NCBI GenBank assembly: GCA_944381205.1
Contig: CALWKG010000004.1
Span: 28,868 to 92,867 of the forward strand
Direction of reading: 5' to 3'
Length of the DNA: 64,000 nt
From: an uncultured Clostridia bacterium
Lineage (GTDB): Bacteria > Bacillota > Clostridia > Christensenellales > UBA1242
Below the pieces are notes generated by a model that saw nothing but the letters and a program-made list of their open reading frames with translations, had not been told where the DNA came from and did no database searches. This document shows, piece by piece, positions 51,121 to 61,437 of this stretch. A program made the position numbers and the translations under genes. Every line of letters starts with the position of its first letter. Positions within the stretch are counted from its first letter, which is position 1.

Positions 51121-52410
51121 CTATTTTATCATTTCTTCTATAAAATCATTAGGTTTTGTCGGGTCTTGTATAGTTTTCCCGTTAGCGAGTAAAATTGTAT
51201 AGAAATTTAGGTCTTGCGTCAAATGGCTATTTGGGGCAAAAGTGCAATTATTTCCTATCTCCAACCCACTATTAATTTTTATATTGTCTATTACACATAC
51301 TTCGCCAAAAATTCCATTATAATCACGAAGGTGTCTATTTTGTTTTTCAAGTTCGTGCCCGATACCTGCAAAGGTCACATTGTTACCAATTTTAACGTTA
51401 TTTCCTATTGTTATATTCCCCGCGAAAAATGAATTATCTCCTATTTTAACGTTATTTCCAACTTTTGCTATCCCTAAAATATCTACAAAAAGTCCCCTTC
51501 CTACACTAAAATTTTTGCCTTGTATAGGGAACAAAATATCCAAAATTTCTTTACGTCTTTGTTCTGTTATTAATGGGTTGTTGTATTCGTAAGATAGTTC
51601 GTGTGAAAATTGTGTAACTTCACTAACCGTCTTTGAAAAACAATTAAAGTTTTCCCCATTTAACAACCTTATAAATTCGTCATCAACTTTTATTCCTAGC
51701 AAGTTTATGTGGTTTACAATAAAATCTATTTCTTCCTTGCTTCGCGGTTGTTCCTTTTCCTTAGTAGGTTGGTTTTTATTAATTGTATATTTGGTTGTGG
51801 CGGGATTTCCTACGGATAGGGAATTTTCTTGTGTGGTGCCATTTGGTCTAACCACAGCCCCAATAGCAAGAACCGTGCCATCTTTTATTCTAGCCCCACT
51901 ACCTATAACGCAATTAGAACAAATCCAAGTATCCTTTTCTAGTACAATTTGTTTGTTTTCAGGAACATTGCAATCAAAGTACCTGTTGCCAAAGTTCACA
52001 TTTTCGCCAATCAAAGCATAGTCTTCTAATCTTAACAATGTGTAATCTCCCAAAGTGACGTTTTTATTAATGCTAGTTATGAAATTTTTTTCGTGGTCTA
52101 TTGCTCCCACCGTTGCATAAAAACCATCACAAAGATTTGCAATTATTCCGTGGTCAGGTATGGCAATGTTTATTAAATTTTCTATGCGTTTATCTAAAAA
52201 ACTACGTTCAGTACTACTTTTAGCACGACTTAAATTTTGCAAGGTATTAGAATATTCTTTCCAAAGAGAATGAGAAAACCTAATCAACTCTTTTACGTTT
52301 CTATCATTTTTATCAAAAGGTTTTTGGTTGTAAAAATTTTCAATCTGGCTCATATCCCCGTCAAATCCCAAAGATTTTAAGTGTGCTATTTTTTGCTCCG
52401 TTGTCAACAT
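51121..52410 (-). CDS. Tandem (duplicated) hexapeptide-repeat O-acetyltransferase
   Basis: Two successive modules of a Mac-like helical leader followed by LbH repeats (aa about 1-210 and 225-429). The second shows VGNNVKIGDNSFFAGNITIGNNVKIGNNV. Confidence 0.75.
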   Translation of the reverse strand: MLTTEQKIAHLKSLGFDGDMSQIENFYNQKPFDKNDRNVKELIRFSHSLWKEYSNTLQNLSRAKSSTERSFLDKRIENLINIAIPDHGIIANLCDGFYATVGAIDHEKNFITSINKNVTLGDYTLLRLEDYALIGENVNFGNRYFDCNVPENKQIVLEKDTWICSNCVIGSGARIKDGTVLAIGAVVRPNGTTQENSLSVGNPATTKYTINKNQPTKEKEQPRSKEEIDFIVNHINLLGIKVDDEFIRLLNGENFNCFSKTVSEVTQFSHELSYEYNNPLITEQRRKEILDILFPIQGKNFSVGRGLFVDILGIAKVGNNVKIGDNSFFAGNITIGNNVKIGNNVTFAGIGHELEKQNRHLRDYNGIFGEVCVIDNIKINSGLEIGNNCTFAPNSHLTQDLNFYTILLANGKTIQDPTKPNDFIEEMIK

Positions 52411-52735
52411 TTTATTTTCCCCCTAATTATTGTGATTATATCACAGCACATATTTTTTTTCAATAAGCGAACTCAAAATAAGGATAAAAGTCTCCTTTAA
52501 AAATAAAAAATTTAGACGAGGTTTAATTTTTTTTAACTAGCAAATAAAAATTTAGGAGTTCTAACTTTATTAAAACCCTTTTTGTAAATTGTTTTAAAAT
52601 AATAAGATAAATAGAGTTCTTTTAAAATTTCTTGCAATTTTATAAGAGATTTTTTACTTATTTTCTTTAAAGGTCAATATTGACAACGGTGACCTTTTGC
52701 GGTAAAGTTATAATAACAAAAGGGGAAGGGATACG

Positions 52736-54001
52736 ATGGCATCTTCAAGAAACAGTAGGGGTAAAGGCGCAAGGGGAGTAGATAAAAGACCTAAAAAGAA
52801 GGGCGCAAAAAATCACTGCACAGGTAGAGTTGCTAAGCAATATTTTTACGATAAACAAAAGGAACAACAAAGCGACCCATACGACCCTTCGCTAGTAAAA
52901 ACAATAAAAACACTTTATCAAGAAACCGTTACCACTAGTAGAAAAAAGGTCTTAAAATTAAAAATATTTGGGGATAACAAAAATACTGCAAATATCCCTA
53001 ATAAATATGCGTTTGATATCTCGGTATATCAGTGGCTTGCTAGTCCAGTTAATAAGGGGTATTTGTTATCCGAAAATGAAAAATTTTTAACTGAACAATT
53101 TGGAGAAAATGCTTTAACAGATTATTCAGTCCCGTCAAAGATGAGAGTTGCCACAGCCCCAAAATCAATCCCATCACGAGAGTTCGAACATTATATTTTT
53201 ATTCACGACGATAACTTTTACGAAGCAATGGTAAATGCTCCTAAAATACCGGTAGAAGATTGGAAAAGGGTAGAAAATAAACACGGTGGCAACAGATATG
53301 CTAGACGTGTTGTAATGAATATAGACGGAAAAATTTTGTTAGGCGAAATGATAAAGTTTGAAACTAACCAGCCAACATTTATTTGCCCAGATAAAAAAAG
53401 TGGCAGTTCGCTAGCATTTAATGTGTTTTTTAGGGGTATCCAAGATGCAAAATTTAATGTAGAACGTTGGGATTATAAGCCTTTTAGCATACACAGGAAC
53501 AAACTTGACGCAAAGGGTAGATTTAGTGTTTATGGTAATATACCAAATAACACAACGTATAGCCATAGACATATGTTTACCTTAAAGCAACGTTTGATTT
53601 TTGGTAAAAACAACTCAGCAGATGTAAAGCCTTTGCCTATTAATATGAGTAGAAAGAAAGAGTATGTTTACCGAAGTTTTGACGAGTTTTATGACGACTT
53701 TAATAAAAGAACAAATTTTGTAGAAGCCAAAGTTAAATTGTATGAGTTAGAACACGATAGTTTAACCCAAATAGGAGAAAAATATTGCCCTAGATATAAT
53801 TCTGTTGAAAAAAGGGTAGAACATATTCCACAAGGCTTTTATAACGTCGCAGCGGAAGCAATTGCTAACAAAAAGATAGATATAAAAGAGTGGAAAGATA
53901 AAAAGACAACCAAGTCCACTAAAAGGCCTACAACTACAACAACTACTCAGGTAAAACCTAGCGAAAATCTAGAACTAAAAAGTGAGGAGAAACAGCAATG
54001 A
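52736..54001 (+). CDS. Hypothetical protein with strongly basic N-terminus and Thr-rich C-terminus (421 aa)
   Basis: GGGGAAGGG RBS; long ORF; no family recognised. Confidence 0.6.
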   Translation: MASSRNSRGKGARGVDKRPKKKGAKNHCTGRVAKQYFYDKQKEQQSDPYDPSLVKTIKTLYQETVTTSRKKVLKLKIFGDNKNTANIPNKYAFDISVYQWLASPVNKGYLLSENEKFLTEQFGENALTDYSVPSKMRVATAPKSIPSREFEHYIFIHDDNFYEAMVNAPKIPVEDWKRVENKHGGNRYARRVVMNIDGKILLGEMIKFETNQPTFICPDKKSGSSLAFNVFFRGIQDAKFNVERWDYKPFSIHRNKLDAKGRFSVYGNIPNNTTYSHRHMFTLKQRLIFGKNNSADVKPLPINMSRKKEYVYRSFDEFYDDFNKRTNFVEAKVKLYELEHDSLTQIGEKYCPRYNSVEKRVEHIPQGFYNVAAEAIANKKIDIKEWKDKKTTKSTKRPTTTTTTQVKPSENLELKSEEKQQ

Positions 54002-54366
54002 AAAATTTCCTTGAAAAAACACTTAAAGATATGTTTGTGGTAAATGATTACGATAACGGTGTGTGTGTTATAAATAGTAATCTGTTTTCACCAAAAGACG
54101 ACGATGATTATGCTATTGGGGTAAAAAAATCTAATGACAAGTATATTTTGTCCGATATGGCTTTAACATATAACAGGTTAGAGCAACGCAACGGGCTTTT
54201 AAATGATAATATTTCTAGTAAGGTTGATAGGGTTATAAAGGAATACAACCTACATTGCGATAAAGACACTCACGAGTTAATGCTTTTTGCTAGCGAAGAA
54301 GACTTTTTAATGGCATACTCCAACTTATTGCAGGCGTTAATAGTTTTGAATAATTTAGACATTTAA
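53998..54366 (+). CDS. Hypothetical acidic protein (122 aa), translationally coupled to the upstream gene
   Basis: ATGA overlap with the preceding stop; no family recognised. Confidence 0.55.
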   Translation: MKNFLEKTLKDMFVVNDYDNGVCVINSNLFSPKDDDDYAIGVKKSNDKYILSDMALTYNRLEQRNGLLNDNISSKVDRVIKEYNLHCDKDTHELMLFASEEDFLMAYSNLLQALIVLNNLDI

Positions 54367-54425
54367 TTTTTGTAGTTTAAAATTTCTCTTTTTGTTCACA
54401 ATCTTAACAAAAGGAGATTTTTTTT

Positions 54426-55673
54426 ATGAACCCACTTAAAGTTGAAACAAAAGACATAAATAGTTATAACCTTTCATTAGACAAAATGTATCCTAAACCA
54501 TACAACAAAAAAACTGCCAGCCCTTATACAAAAACGCGAGTAATTTTAATGAACGGCACAGAATACGAAAGTGTATGGTTTATGCACCAGTTTGCACGAC
54601 ATACGGATAATGACGAAATAAAGTCCTACCTTGCAATTATCCGCGCGCAAGAGCAAATGCAACAAAAACGCCTTGCGTGTTTAAAGCCTATTAACGAAAG
54701 TATTTTGGAAACCACTATCGCCTACGAGCAACTTGCCATTGATTTAACAGCCACCCTTGCCCAAAACGATAAGGATAAGGCAAATATTGAAGCACTTAAC
54801 TTTGCCTTGCTAGAAGACTTTGACCATCTGTATAGATTTAGCAATTTAATGATTTTGGATAAGCAAAAGTCCGACCCAAAATTTCTAGTTGGCGGGTTTA
54901 CCGAGATTACTCCCGCGCGTCCCACTTTGGCACACCATAGATACGCAGTAGATAATGTAAAGCAGGCAATGTGTGCTAAAAAAAGCAACTTGTATTCTAA
55001 ACTTGTCGCTAGCATAATAACCGCCGCCGAACAGCAAACGATGAACTATTATATGAATATTTCGCAGTGGTATAAAAACGACCTTGGCAGACAGTTGTAT
55101 TCCGAAATTGCTATGGTGGAAGAAGAACACGTAACTCAGTACGAAAGTTTAAAGGACCCCACTTGTACCTTTTTGCAACAATGGGTTTTGCACGAGTATA
55201 CCGAAGCATATTTGTATTATAGTGCTTCTTGCGAAGAAACTGACGAGAATATAAAACGCATTTATGACGAGCATTTTTTAATGGAATGTGCCCACCTTAA
55301 AGTTGCTTGCTATCTGTACCAAAAGTACGAAAACGGAAATGTTCGCGACGTTATAGGAGATGGTGAATTTCCAACCCTGTTAAAATTAGGTACTAATAAG
55401 GAGTATATAAGAAAAGTTATCGCAAAAACCATAACCTTAACGGGAGATAAAAAGGGATATATTGACGTTATGAAATTAGATAATAACGCGCCTTTCTTTT
55501 TGTATCAGGACGAGTTTGTCGGTGACGAAAAAAATCGTGCTAGTCATATAGTTATACAACGGGTGATAAAAAATTTGGGCAAAGATTATAGATACGAAGA
55601 TAGTAAAAATGTAGTCCCTGAACTCCAAAATAGAAAAAAGGACAATACAATTCTTGCTCGCAAAAAGTGCTGA
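54426..55673 (+). CDS. Putative ferritin-like di-iron carboxylate protein (415 aa)
   Basis: Spacing consistent with E...(D/E)xxH twice (YEQ...EDFDH; AAEQ...VEEEH). The assignment is tentative. Confidence 0.5.
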   Translation: MNPLKVETKDINSYNLSLDKMYPKPYNKKTASPYTKTRVILMNGTEYESVWFMHQFARHTDNDEIKSYLAIIRAQEQMQQKRLACLKPINESILETTIAYEQLAIDLTATLAQNDKDKANIEALNFALLEDFDHLYRFSNLMILDKQKSDPKFLVGGFTEITPARPTLAHHRYAVDNVKQAMCAKKSNLYSKLVASIITAAEQQTMNYYMNISQWYKNDLGRQLYSEIAMVEEEHVTQYESLKDPTCTFLQQWVLHEYTEAYLYYSASCEETDENIKRIYDEHFLMECAHLKVACYLYQKYENGNVRDVIGDGEFPTLLKLGTNKEYIRKVIAKTITLTGDKKGYIDVMKLDNNAPFFLYQDEFVGDEKNRASHIVIQRVIKNLGKDYRYEDSKNVVPELQNRKKDNTILARKKC

Positions 55674-55784
55674 ATTTTGTTTTGAAAAAATCAAAATTAG
55701 TGGTATTATAATGTGCAGTTTGTGATAAGCCTAAAATTTTGGTTTAAAACAAAAATAGTTTAAAAAAGGAGATAAAATAAACAA

Positions 55785-56324
55785 ATGAAAAAGTATGTAT
55801 GTCCTGTATGCGGGTATGTTTACGAAGGAGATAACCCACCAGATAAATGCCCACTATGCGGTGCAAAGTTGGAACTTGTAGAAGATGACGAACAGGTTTG
55901 GGCTTCCGAGCACGTGGTAGGGGATAGTTCTAAATTACCAAAGGAAATTACAGAAGGACTTAGAATGAATTTTAATGCAGAGTGTAGTGAAGTTGGTATG
56001 TATCTAGCAATGGCAAGGGTTGCCCATAGAGAAGGCTACCCAGAGATTGGCTTGTACTACGAACGCGCCGCTTTTGAAGAAGCCGAACACGCGGCAAAAT
56101 TTGCAGAACTTTTAGGCGAAGTTGTAACCCCTTCTACCAAAAAGAATTTGGAAATGAGAGTAGAAGCCGAACGCGGTGCAACAGACGGGAAGACCAAACT
56201 TGCTAAGTTGGCAAAAGAACTTAACTTAGATGCCGTTCACGATACCGTACACGAAATGGCAAGGGACGAAGCCAGACACGGCAGAGCCTTTGAAGGTTTG
56301 CTTAATAGATATTTTAAAAAGTAA
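55785..56324 (+). CDS. rbr: Reverse rubrerythrin (N-terminal rubredoxin domain plus C-terminal di-iron ferritin-like domain)
   Basis: CPVCGY...CPLCGA at the N-terminus, then the EEAEH and DEARH di-iron motifs. Confidence 0.9.
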   Translation: MKKYVCPVCGYVYEGDNPPDKCPLCGAKLELVEDDEQVWASEHVVGDSSKLPKEITEGLRMNFNAECSEVGMYLAMARVAHREGYPEIGLYYERAAFEEAEHAAKFAELLGEVVTPSTKKNLEMRVEAERGATDGKTKLAKLAKELNLDAVHDTVHEMARDEARHGRAFEGLLNRYFKK

Positions 56325-56335
56325 TTTTAATATAA

Positions 56336-56364
56336 AAGCCCAAACAATTGTTGGGCTTTTTTTC
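56336..56364 (+). terminator. Intrinsic terminator after rubrerythrin
   Basis: AGCCCAA-ACAATTG-TTGGGCT followed by T7. Confidence 0.8.
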
Positions 56365-56550
56365 TGCAAACTTTTATTAAAAATATGTATAGAAAGCCAA
56401 TCTTTAACTTTTTTGTAGCAAAAAGTCTATTTCGTTTAAATGTAATATTATGTTTATTTATGTGCTAATCTTTTTGTTTTAATGGAGTTTTATTTGTTTG
56501 TAAATTTATTTTTTGTGTGATAAACTGCTAATTATTAAAAGGCGGTGCTT

Positions 56551-57456
56551 ATGAAATTTTTTATGCTTGCCAAAAATTTTGGTTTAGGTTTTGCAATAAA
56601 ATATTCGTGGCTAACGTTATTGTATAAGATTACAAAAAATAAAAAACACGTTCAAAAAAAGCACAATTTAATTAATAACTATTTAACAAAAAGATACTTG
56701 AACATTTTAACACCGGGTGGGGATATAACTCCGCTAGATAAGGACTATAAAGTTTGGGTGTTTTGGTACCAAGGGCAAGCACAAATGCCACAAGTGGTAA
56801 AAGTTTGTTATGCTAATATAAAAAAATATTTTGGGGATAAAGTTGTTTTAATTACCAAAGATAATTTTGCAGAGTATGTCGATATCCCGGATTATATTTT
56901 GCAAAAGGTAGATAAAAAGTTAATTACTATTACTTTTTTTTCTGACATTCTAAGGGCAAGTTTATTGTCTAAATATGGTGGTCTATGGATAGATTCCACC
57001 ATTTACCTTGTAGATGATATAAAAGAAGACATAGAAGGAAAACCCTTTTTTACTAACAAATTAAAAAAAATTGATGGAGACAGTAATATAAGTGGTGCTC
57101 GTTGGAGTGGCTTTTTTATGGCAGGAAATAAGGATAATCCGCTATTTGTAAATATGAGAAGGGTTTTTCTTGAATATCTAAAAACGCATAATTGTCTTAT
57201 AAGTTATTTCCTAATAGATTATACAATTAACTTCATTTACAACAACAACCCAAAAGTAAAACAAATGATGGACGATGTTCCGCCAAATAATCCAAACATT
57301 CATTTTTTTGCAAAAAAATTATTTAAACCTTACAATAAAACTAAATATGAAGAACTTTTAAAGGATACAAAGGTGTTTAAACTTACGTATAGGTTTAATG
57401 AAAAAAAGACCCAAATTCCAGATACATACTATGCAAATATTATAGGCAAAGTATAA
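56551..57456 (+). CDS. Glycosyltransferase, capsular-polysaccharide-synthesis / OCH1-like family
   Basis: FFSDILRASLLSKYGGLWIDSTIY motif typical of this GT group. The ORF track starts at GTG 56545; ATG 56551 is preferred. Confidence 0.7.
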   Translation: MKFFMLAKNFGLGFAIKYSWLTLLYKITKNKKHVQKKHNLINNYLTKRYLNILTPGGDITPLDKDYKVWVFWYQGQAQMPQVVKVCYANIKKYFGDKVVLITKDNFAEYVDIPDYILQKVDKKLITITFFSDILRASLLSKYGGLWIDSTIYLVDDIKEDIEGKPFFTNKLKKIDGDSNISGARWSGFFMAGNKDNPLFVNMRRVFLEYLKTHNCLISYFLIDYTINFIYNNNPKVKQMMDDVPPNNPNIHFFAKKLFKPYNKTKYEELLKDTKVFKLTYRFNEKKTQIPDTYYANIIGKV

Positions 57457-57486
57457 TTTTTATATATCTAGCAAAAAGGATTAAAA

Positions 57487-59052
57487 ATGGCAACACGCAA
57501 ACAAAAGTCTTTAAAAAACTTAATATTTGGGGTGCTGTACCAAATTATCAATTTGGTACTTAATTTTGTTTGTCGTACCTTTCTTATTTATAAACTTGGC
57601 TACGAAATTTTAGGTATAAACGGGCTTTATGCAAGCATTTTGTCCTTTTTAAGTTTGGCAGACCTTGGCATAGACACTATTTTTGTTTTTTCTCTTTATA
57701 AGGCAGTAGCAAAAGATGACAAAGAAAAAATCGCCGGTTATATGAACTATTACAAAAAAATCTACAATATAATAGCCTTGGCGGTATTGGTGGCGGGACT
57801 TTTAATCGCACCATTTTTAAACTTTTTAATCTCGCCAGAAATAACAATTTCCGATAAAGACCTATATATTTACTACTTTTTATTTTTGGCTAGTAGTGCG
57901 GTGTCTTATCTGTTAGGCTATAAGCAAACCATAATTAGTGCCTATCAGGAAATGTCAGTCATAAAAATTTTTAATATAGCAACCACTCTTTTAAGAACGG
58001 TGGCTAGGATAATTTTGTTACTTGTTATACCTAACTACAAAATTTATATTTTGGCAGAAATTATCACTAACTTTTTAAATAACTTTGCACTTTCTATTTA
58101 CGCAGAAAAAAAGTACCCGTTTATAAAAAACAAAAAGGCAAGATTGCAAGATGACGAAAAGGGAGACATAAAACAAAACATAAAAAATACCTTTTTGTAT
58201 AAACTGGGTGGTGTTGTCTTGTCTAACACCAGCAATATTATAATTTCAGTTATGGTTAGCACGGTAGTAGTGGGTTATGTTAGCAACTATAACACTATCA
58301 CGACGTCACTAGCCGGTTTTTTGGCTATTTTAAATAGTGCCGTTTTTGCAAGTGTTGGCAGTATTACACTAGAAAACAATAACGAAAAGTCCCTAAAAAT
58401 TTTTAGGACTTTAATGCTTATTTTTCACTATTTTACCGCATTTTGTACCATTGCTATGGCAATTACCTTCAACGACTTTATCTTTCTTTGGCTCGAAAAA
58501 CCAGAAGCCATACTCGATAACTATTCTGTACTTGCAATGTGTGGTTACTTTTATCTTCAAAACATCGCCATACCAGTTGTGTGTTTTAGGGAAAACTACG
58601 GGTTGTTTAAAAAGGTAAAAAATTATATCCTAATCACCGCAGTTTTAAATGTCGCTCTTGGCATATTGTTGACGTACTTTTTGGGTCTAGTGGGGGTATT
58701 TTTAGGTCTTATTTTAAGTAGGCTTTTAGTACTAGACATTATGGAACCAAGATACCTGTATCACGAAATCTTTAAAATTAGTTCCAAAGATTATTTTTTA
58801 AGACAACTAGGTATGTTTGTCTTAACCGCAGTGTCTTACGTGGCAAGTTACTTTTTGTGCTCTTTAATACAAGGAGTGTCCGCCATTAACTTTATTTATA
58901 AAGGGCTAATTTGCTTTGCCGTAACAACGATAATGTTTTTGATATTTACGTTTAGGTCTAGCGAGTTTAAATACCTAAAAGAGTTAACTCACAACATAGT
59001 GTGTGAATTTAAATCAAAAAAGGCACCTAAGGTAAAAGATAGTCCAAAATAG
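57487..59052 (+). CDS. Polysaccharide/oligosaccharide flippase (Wzx-like, MOP superfamily)
   Basis: 521 aa with about 12-14 TM helices, adjacent to the glycosyltransferase. Confidence 0.75.
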   Translation: MATRKQKSLKNLIFGVLYQIINLVLNFVCRTFLIYKLGYEILGINGLYASILSFLSLADLGIDTIFVFSLYKAVAKDDKEKIAGYMNYYKKIYNIIALAVLVAGLLIAPFLNFLISPEITISDKDLYIYYFLFLASSAVSYLLGYKQTIISAYQEMSVIKIFNIATTLLRTVARIILLLVIPNYKIYILAEIITNFLNNFALSIYAEKKYPFIKNKKARLQDDEKGDIKQNIKNTFLYKLGGVVLSNTSNIIISVMVSTVVVGYVSNYNTITTSLAGFLAILNSAVFASVGSITLENNNEKSLKIFRTLMLIFHYFTAFCTIAMAITFNDFIFLWLEKPEAILDNYSVLAMCGYFYLQNIAIPVVCFRENYGLFKKVKNYILITAVLNVALGILLTYFLGLVGVFLGLILSRLLVLDIMEPRYLYHEIFKISSKDYFLRQLGMFVLTAVSYVASYFLCSLIQGVSAINFIYKGLICFAVTTIMFLIFTFRSSEFKYLKELTHNIVCEFKSKKAPKVKDSPK

Positions 59053-59242
59053 TTTTTTAATATTTATATTATTGTGTAACCTTCCTATGTAGATATTTTT
59101 GTACTACTTTATACTCGTACCGGTCGGGATTTGTTTACCTATCATAACGTTCTTTTTAAGTCCTAGCAAGCGGGCTACTTTTTTGCATAAATTAAAAAAC
59201 TTAATAAAAAGTGGCTTTTTGTATAGGTTAAATTCTATTACT

Positions 59243-59475
59243 CTGTCATTTTACTTTTTTTAATTTTTATTATATTCTGTCACTCCTTTTTTCCGTCATT
59301 CTGAGTCTATTACGTTATTCTGAGTATATTAAGTCATTCTGAGCGATAGCGAAGAATCCCCCATCTAAGCGACGTTCAATTCGTCATTCTAAGATAGTCT
59401 ATCCGGCTCGACTTTCGAAAAATCCCCGCTTTAATGACGTTATTTGCGTAGTACAACCATATTGTTTAATTTGCT
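59243..59475. repeat. Mosaic repeat cluster R7 (A-type units x4 plus linker module)
   Basis: GTCATTCTGAG-type starts at 59294, 59313 (degenerate), 59332 and 59383. CGAAGAATCCCCCATCT at 59350. Confidence 0.8.
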
Positions 59476-59602
59476 TATAACATTTTTTCTTGTTTTAATA
59501 TTTCATTTTAACAAATATTTTTCTCAAACCGCAATTTTTGTTTTGAAAAAGAGATATTTAAGTTTATAATCAAATTAATAGTTTAAACAAAGGGAGAAAT
59601 TT

Positions 59603-60874
59603 ATGAAATTAACTAAGGAAGAACAGCAAATTTTGCAGGGTAGCGAAGGTCAAACCAAAGCAAAAATAATGCAAACCCTAGTAGAATTTGGAGATTTGTT
59701 CGGGGCAGAAGAATTTGTTAAAGTGACCGCCCCGTCACATTTTGTTACGTCTTTTGGTATAGGACTTTTAAAACCCGTTTATCGCATTATGGACGAGATT
59801 ATATCTTCTGGGCTAAAAACCCCATATCCATTTACAATGGACCCACGACCAATAGACTATAAAAACGTCAAATGCGGGCTTTTAAACAAACTCATTTTTA
59901 GCAAAATTATGTATTCAAAGCAAAGTTTGTACGAAGAGCAACTAGCCAAAGTTGGCTTAAAGGATAAAAATGCCTTTACTTGTACCTGTTACTTAAACGA
60001 AGTGGGCAATATTCCTAAAAAAGGCGACATTTTATCTTGGGCGGAAAGTAGCGCCGTGGTTTTTGCCAACTCTGTACTGGGCGCTAGATGTAACAGAAAT
60101 AGCGGTATGCTAGATTTGTTTGGGGCAATTTTAGGCAAAGTGCCAAAGTTTGGCTTGCTTACTGACGAAGGTAGGGAGGCAAATTGGATTATTGAACTAA
60201 AAACTACTAAATTGCCAGAGGCACAAATCTTGGGCAGTGCTATTGGTATGAAGGTTATGGAAGACGTCCCATACGTAAAAGGTCTTGATAAATTTTTGGG
60301 CACAGAACTTACTGACGACGTTGTGTCCTACCTTAAAGATTTTGGCGCGGCAACTGCTAGTAACGGGGCAGTTGGGCTATACCATATAGAAAACTTAACC
60401 CCAGAAGCCAAAGAGTTAAAAGAAAAACTAATTAACAAAGACGCAAAGATTTATGTTATAGACGATGCCGAACTTGATAGAGTTTATCAAAGTTATCCTG
60501 TGATGTGGAAAAATAAAGACTCAAAACCATCTCTTTGCTTTATAGGTTGTCCACATCTTAGTTATAATCAACTAGTTAGTTGGGCTAATAAAATAGGGCA
60601 ACAGTTATCTCAGTCTGGGAACAAAAAGGTCAAAGTTAGGACAATTATGACTAGCGCGCCAGATGTGGTAGAAAAATTTTCTAAAACACCAGAGTATACC
60701 AAACTTAAAAGTTTTGGGGTAAACATATCTTCTATTTGTCCGTTAATGTACACCAACAACCCAATTGCGGGTAGTAAGCCTATTATCACTAATAGTAACA
60801 AACTTAGGACATATTCTAAGGCAAGGTATTACAAAGACGATGACATTTTAAAAATAATTTGTGGGGGTAAATAA
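59603..60874 (+). CDS. Aconitase X catalytic (large) subunit, DUF521
   Basis: N-terminus MKLTKEEQQILQGSEGQTKAKIMQTLVEFGDLFGAE..V..HFV is typical of AcnX. Followed by a DUF126 partner. Confidence 0.8.
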   Translation: MKLTKEEQQILQGSEGQTKAKIMQTLVEFGDLFGAEEFVKVTAPSHFVTSFGIGLLKPVYRIMDEIISSGLKTPYPFTMDPRPIDYKNVKCGLLNKLIFSKIMYSKQSLYEEQLAKVGLKDKNAFTCTCYLNEVGNIPKKGDILSWAESSAVVFANSVLGARCNRNSGMLDLFGAILGKVPKFGLLTDEGREANWIIELKTTKLPEAQILGSAIGMKVMEDVPYVKGLDKFLGTELTDDVVSYLKDFGAATASNGAVGLYHIENLTPEAKELKEKLINKDAKIYVIDDAELDRVYQSYPVMWKNKDSKPSLCFIGCPHLSYNQLVSWANKIGQQLSQSGNKKVKVRTIMTSAPDVVEKFSKTPEYTKLKSFGVNISSICPLMYTNNPIAGSKPIITNSNKLRTYSKARYYKDDDILKIICGGK

Positions 60875-60876
60875 AT

Positions 60877-61323
60877 ATGGCAAAGGAGTTTAAAGGTAGG
60901 GTTATTTGTAAAGGCAATTATACGGGCGAATGTGTAGTTAGTCGTCAGGGGTTAAATACCCTTGCAACATTTCAAAAATCCGCATTAAAAAACGCAAAAA
61001 AAATTATCGGTTCCGACCAAAACAATCCAGATGTTTATGGTAAAAACCTAACGGGAGTTGCCCTAATTTTACCACAAACAATAGGTTCTACAACTGGGGG
61101 GTTGGTTATTCAAACGGTATGTCAAATGGGTATTAACCCAGCCGCCTTGCTTTTTAGTGAGGAGATTGACTCTCTCGCTGCTAGCGGTGTTATTTTGGCA
61201 AAAAATTGGGAAAACTCTAATATAATTGCAATAGATAAATTGGGTAGCGATATTTTAACGCAAATAAAAACGGGGGATATTATATCTATTAGCGAAGATG
61301 GTACCGTAAGTTTGGTTAATTAG
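60877..61323 (+). CDS. Aconitase X swivel (small) subunit, DUF126
   Basis: 148 aa with the G..I..G...GE..VS...L pattern and LPQTIGSTTGG; 2-nt gap from the large subunit. Confidence 0.8.
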   Translation: MAKEFKGRVICKGNYTGECVVSRQGLNTLATFQKSALKNAKKIIGSDQNNPDVYGKNLTGVALILPQTIGSTTGGLVIQTVCQMGINPAALLFSEEIDSLAASGVILAKNWENSNIIAIDKLGSDILTQIKTGDIISISEDGTVSLVN

Positions 61324-61437
61324 ACTAAGCCATATAATTAGAGTTTTAGTTATAGTAGTTTTTTTAATCTACAAGTTTAAATGTTTTAATTCCTTAAATT
61401 GTCCTTATGAATTAATATTTTATGGTAAAATACAAAT

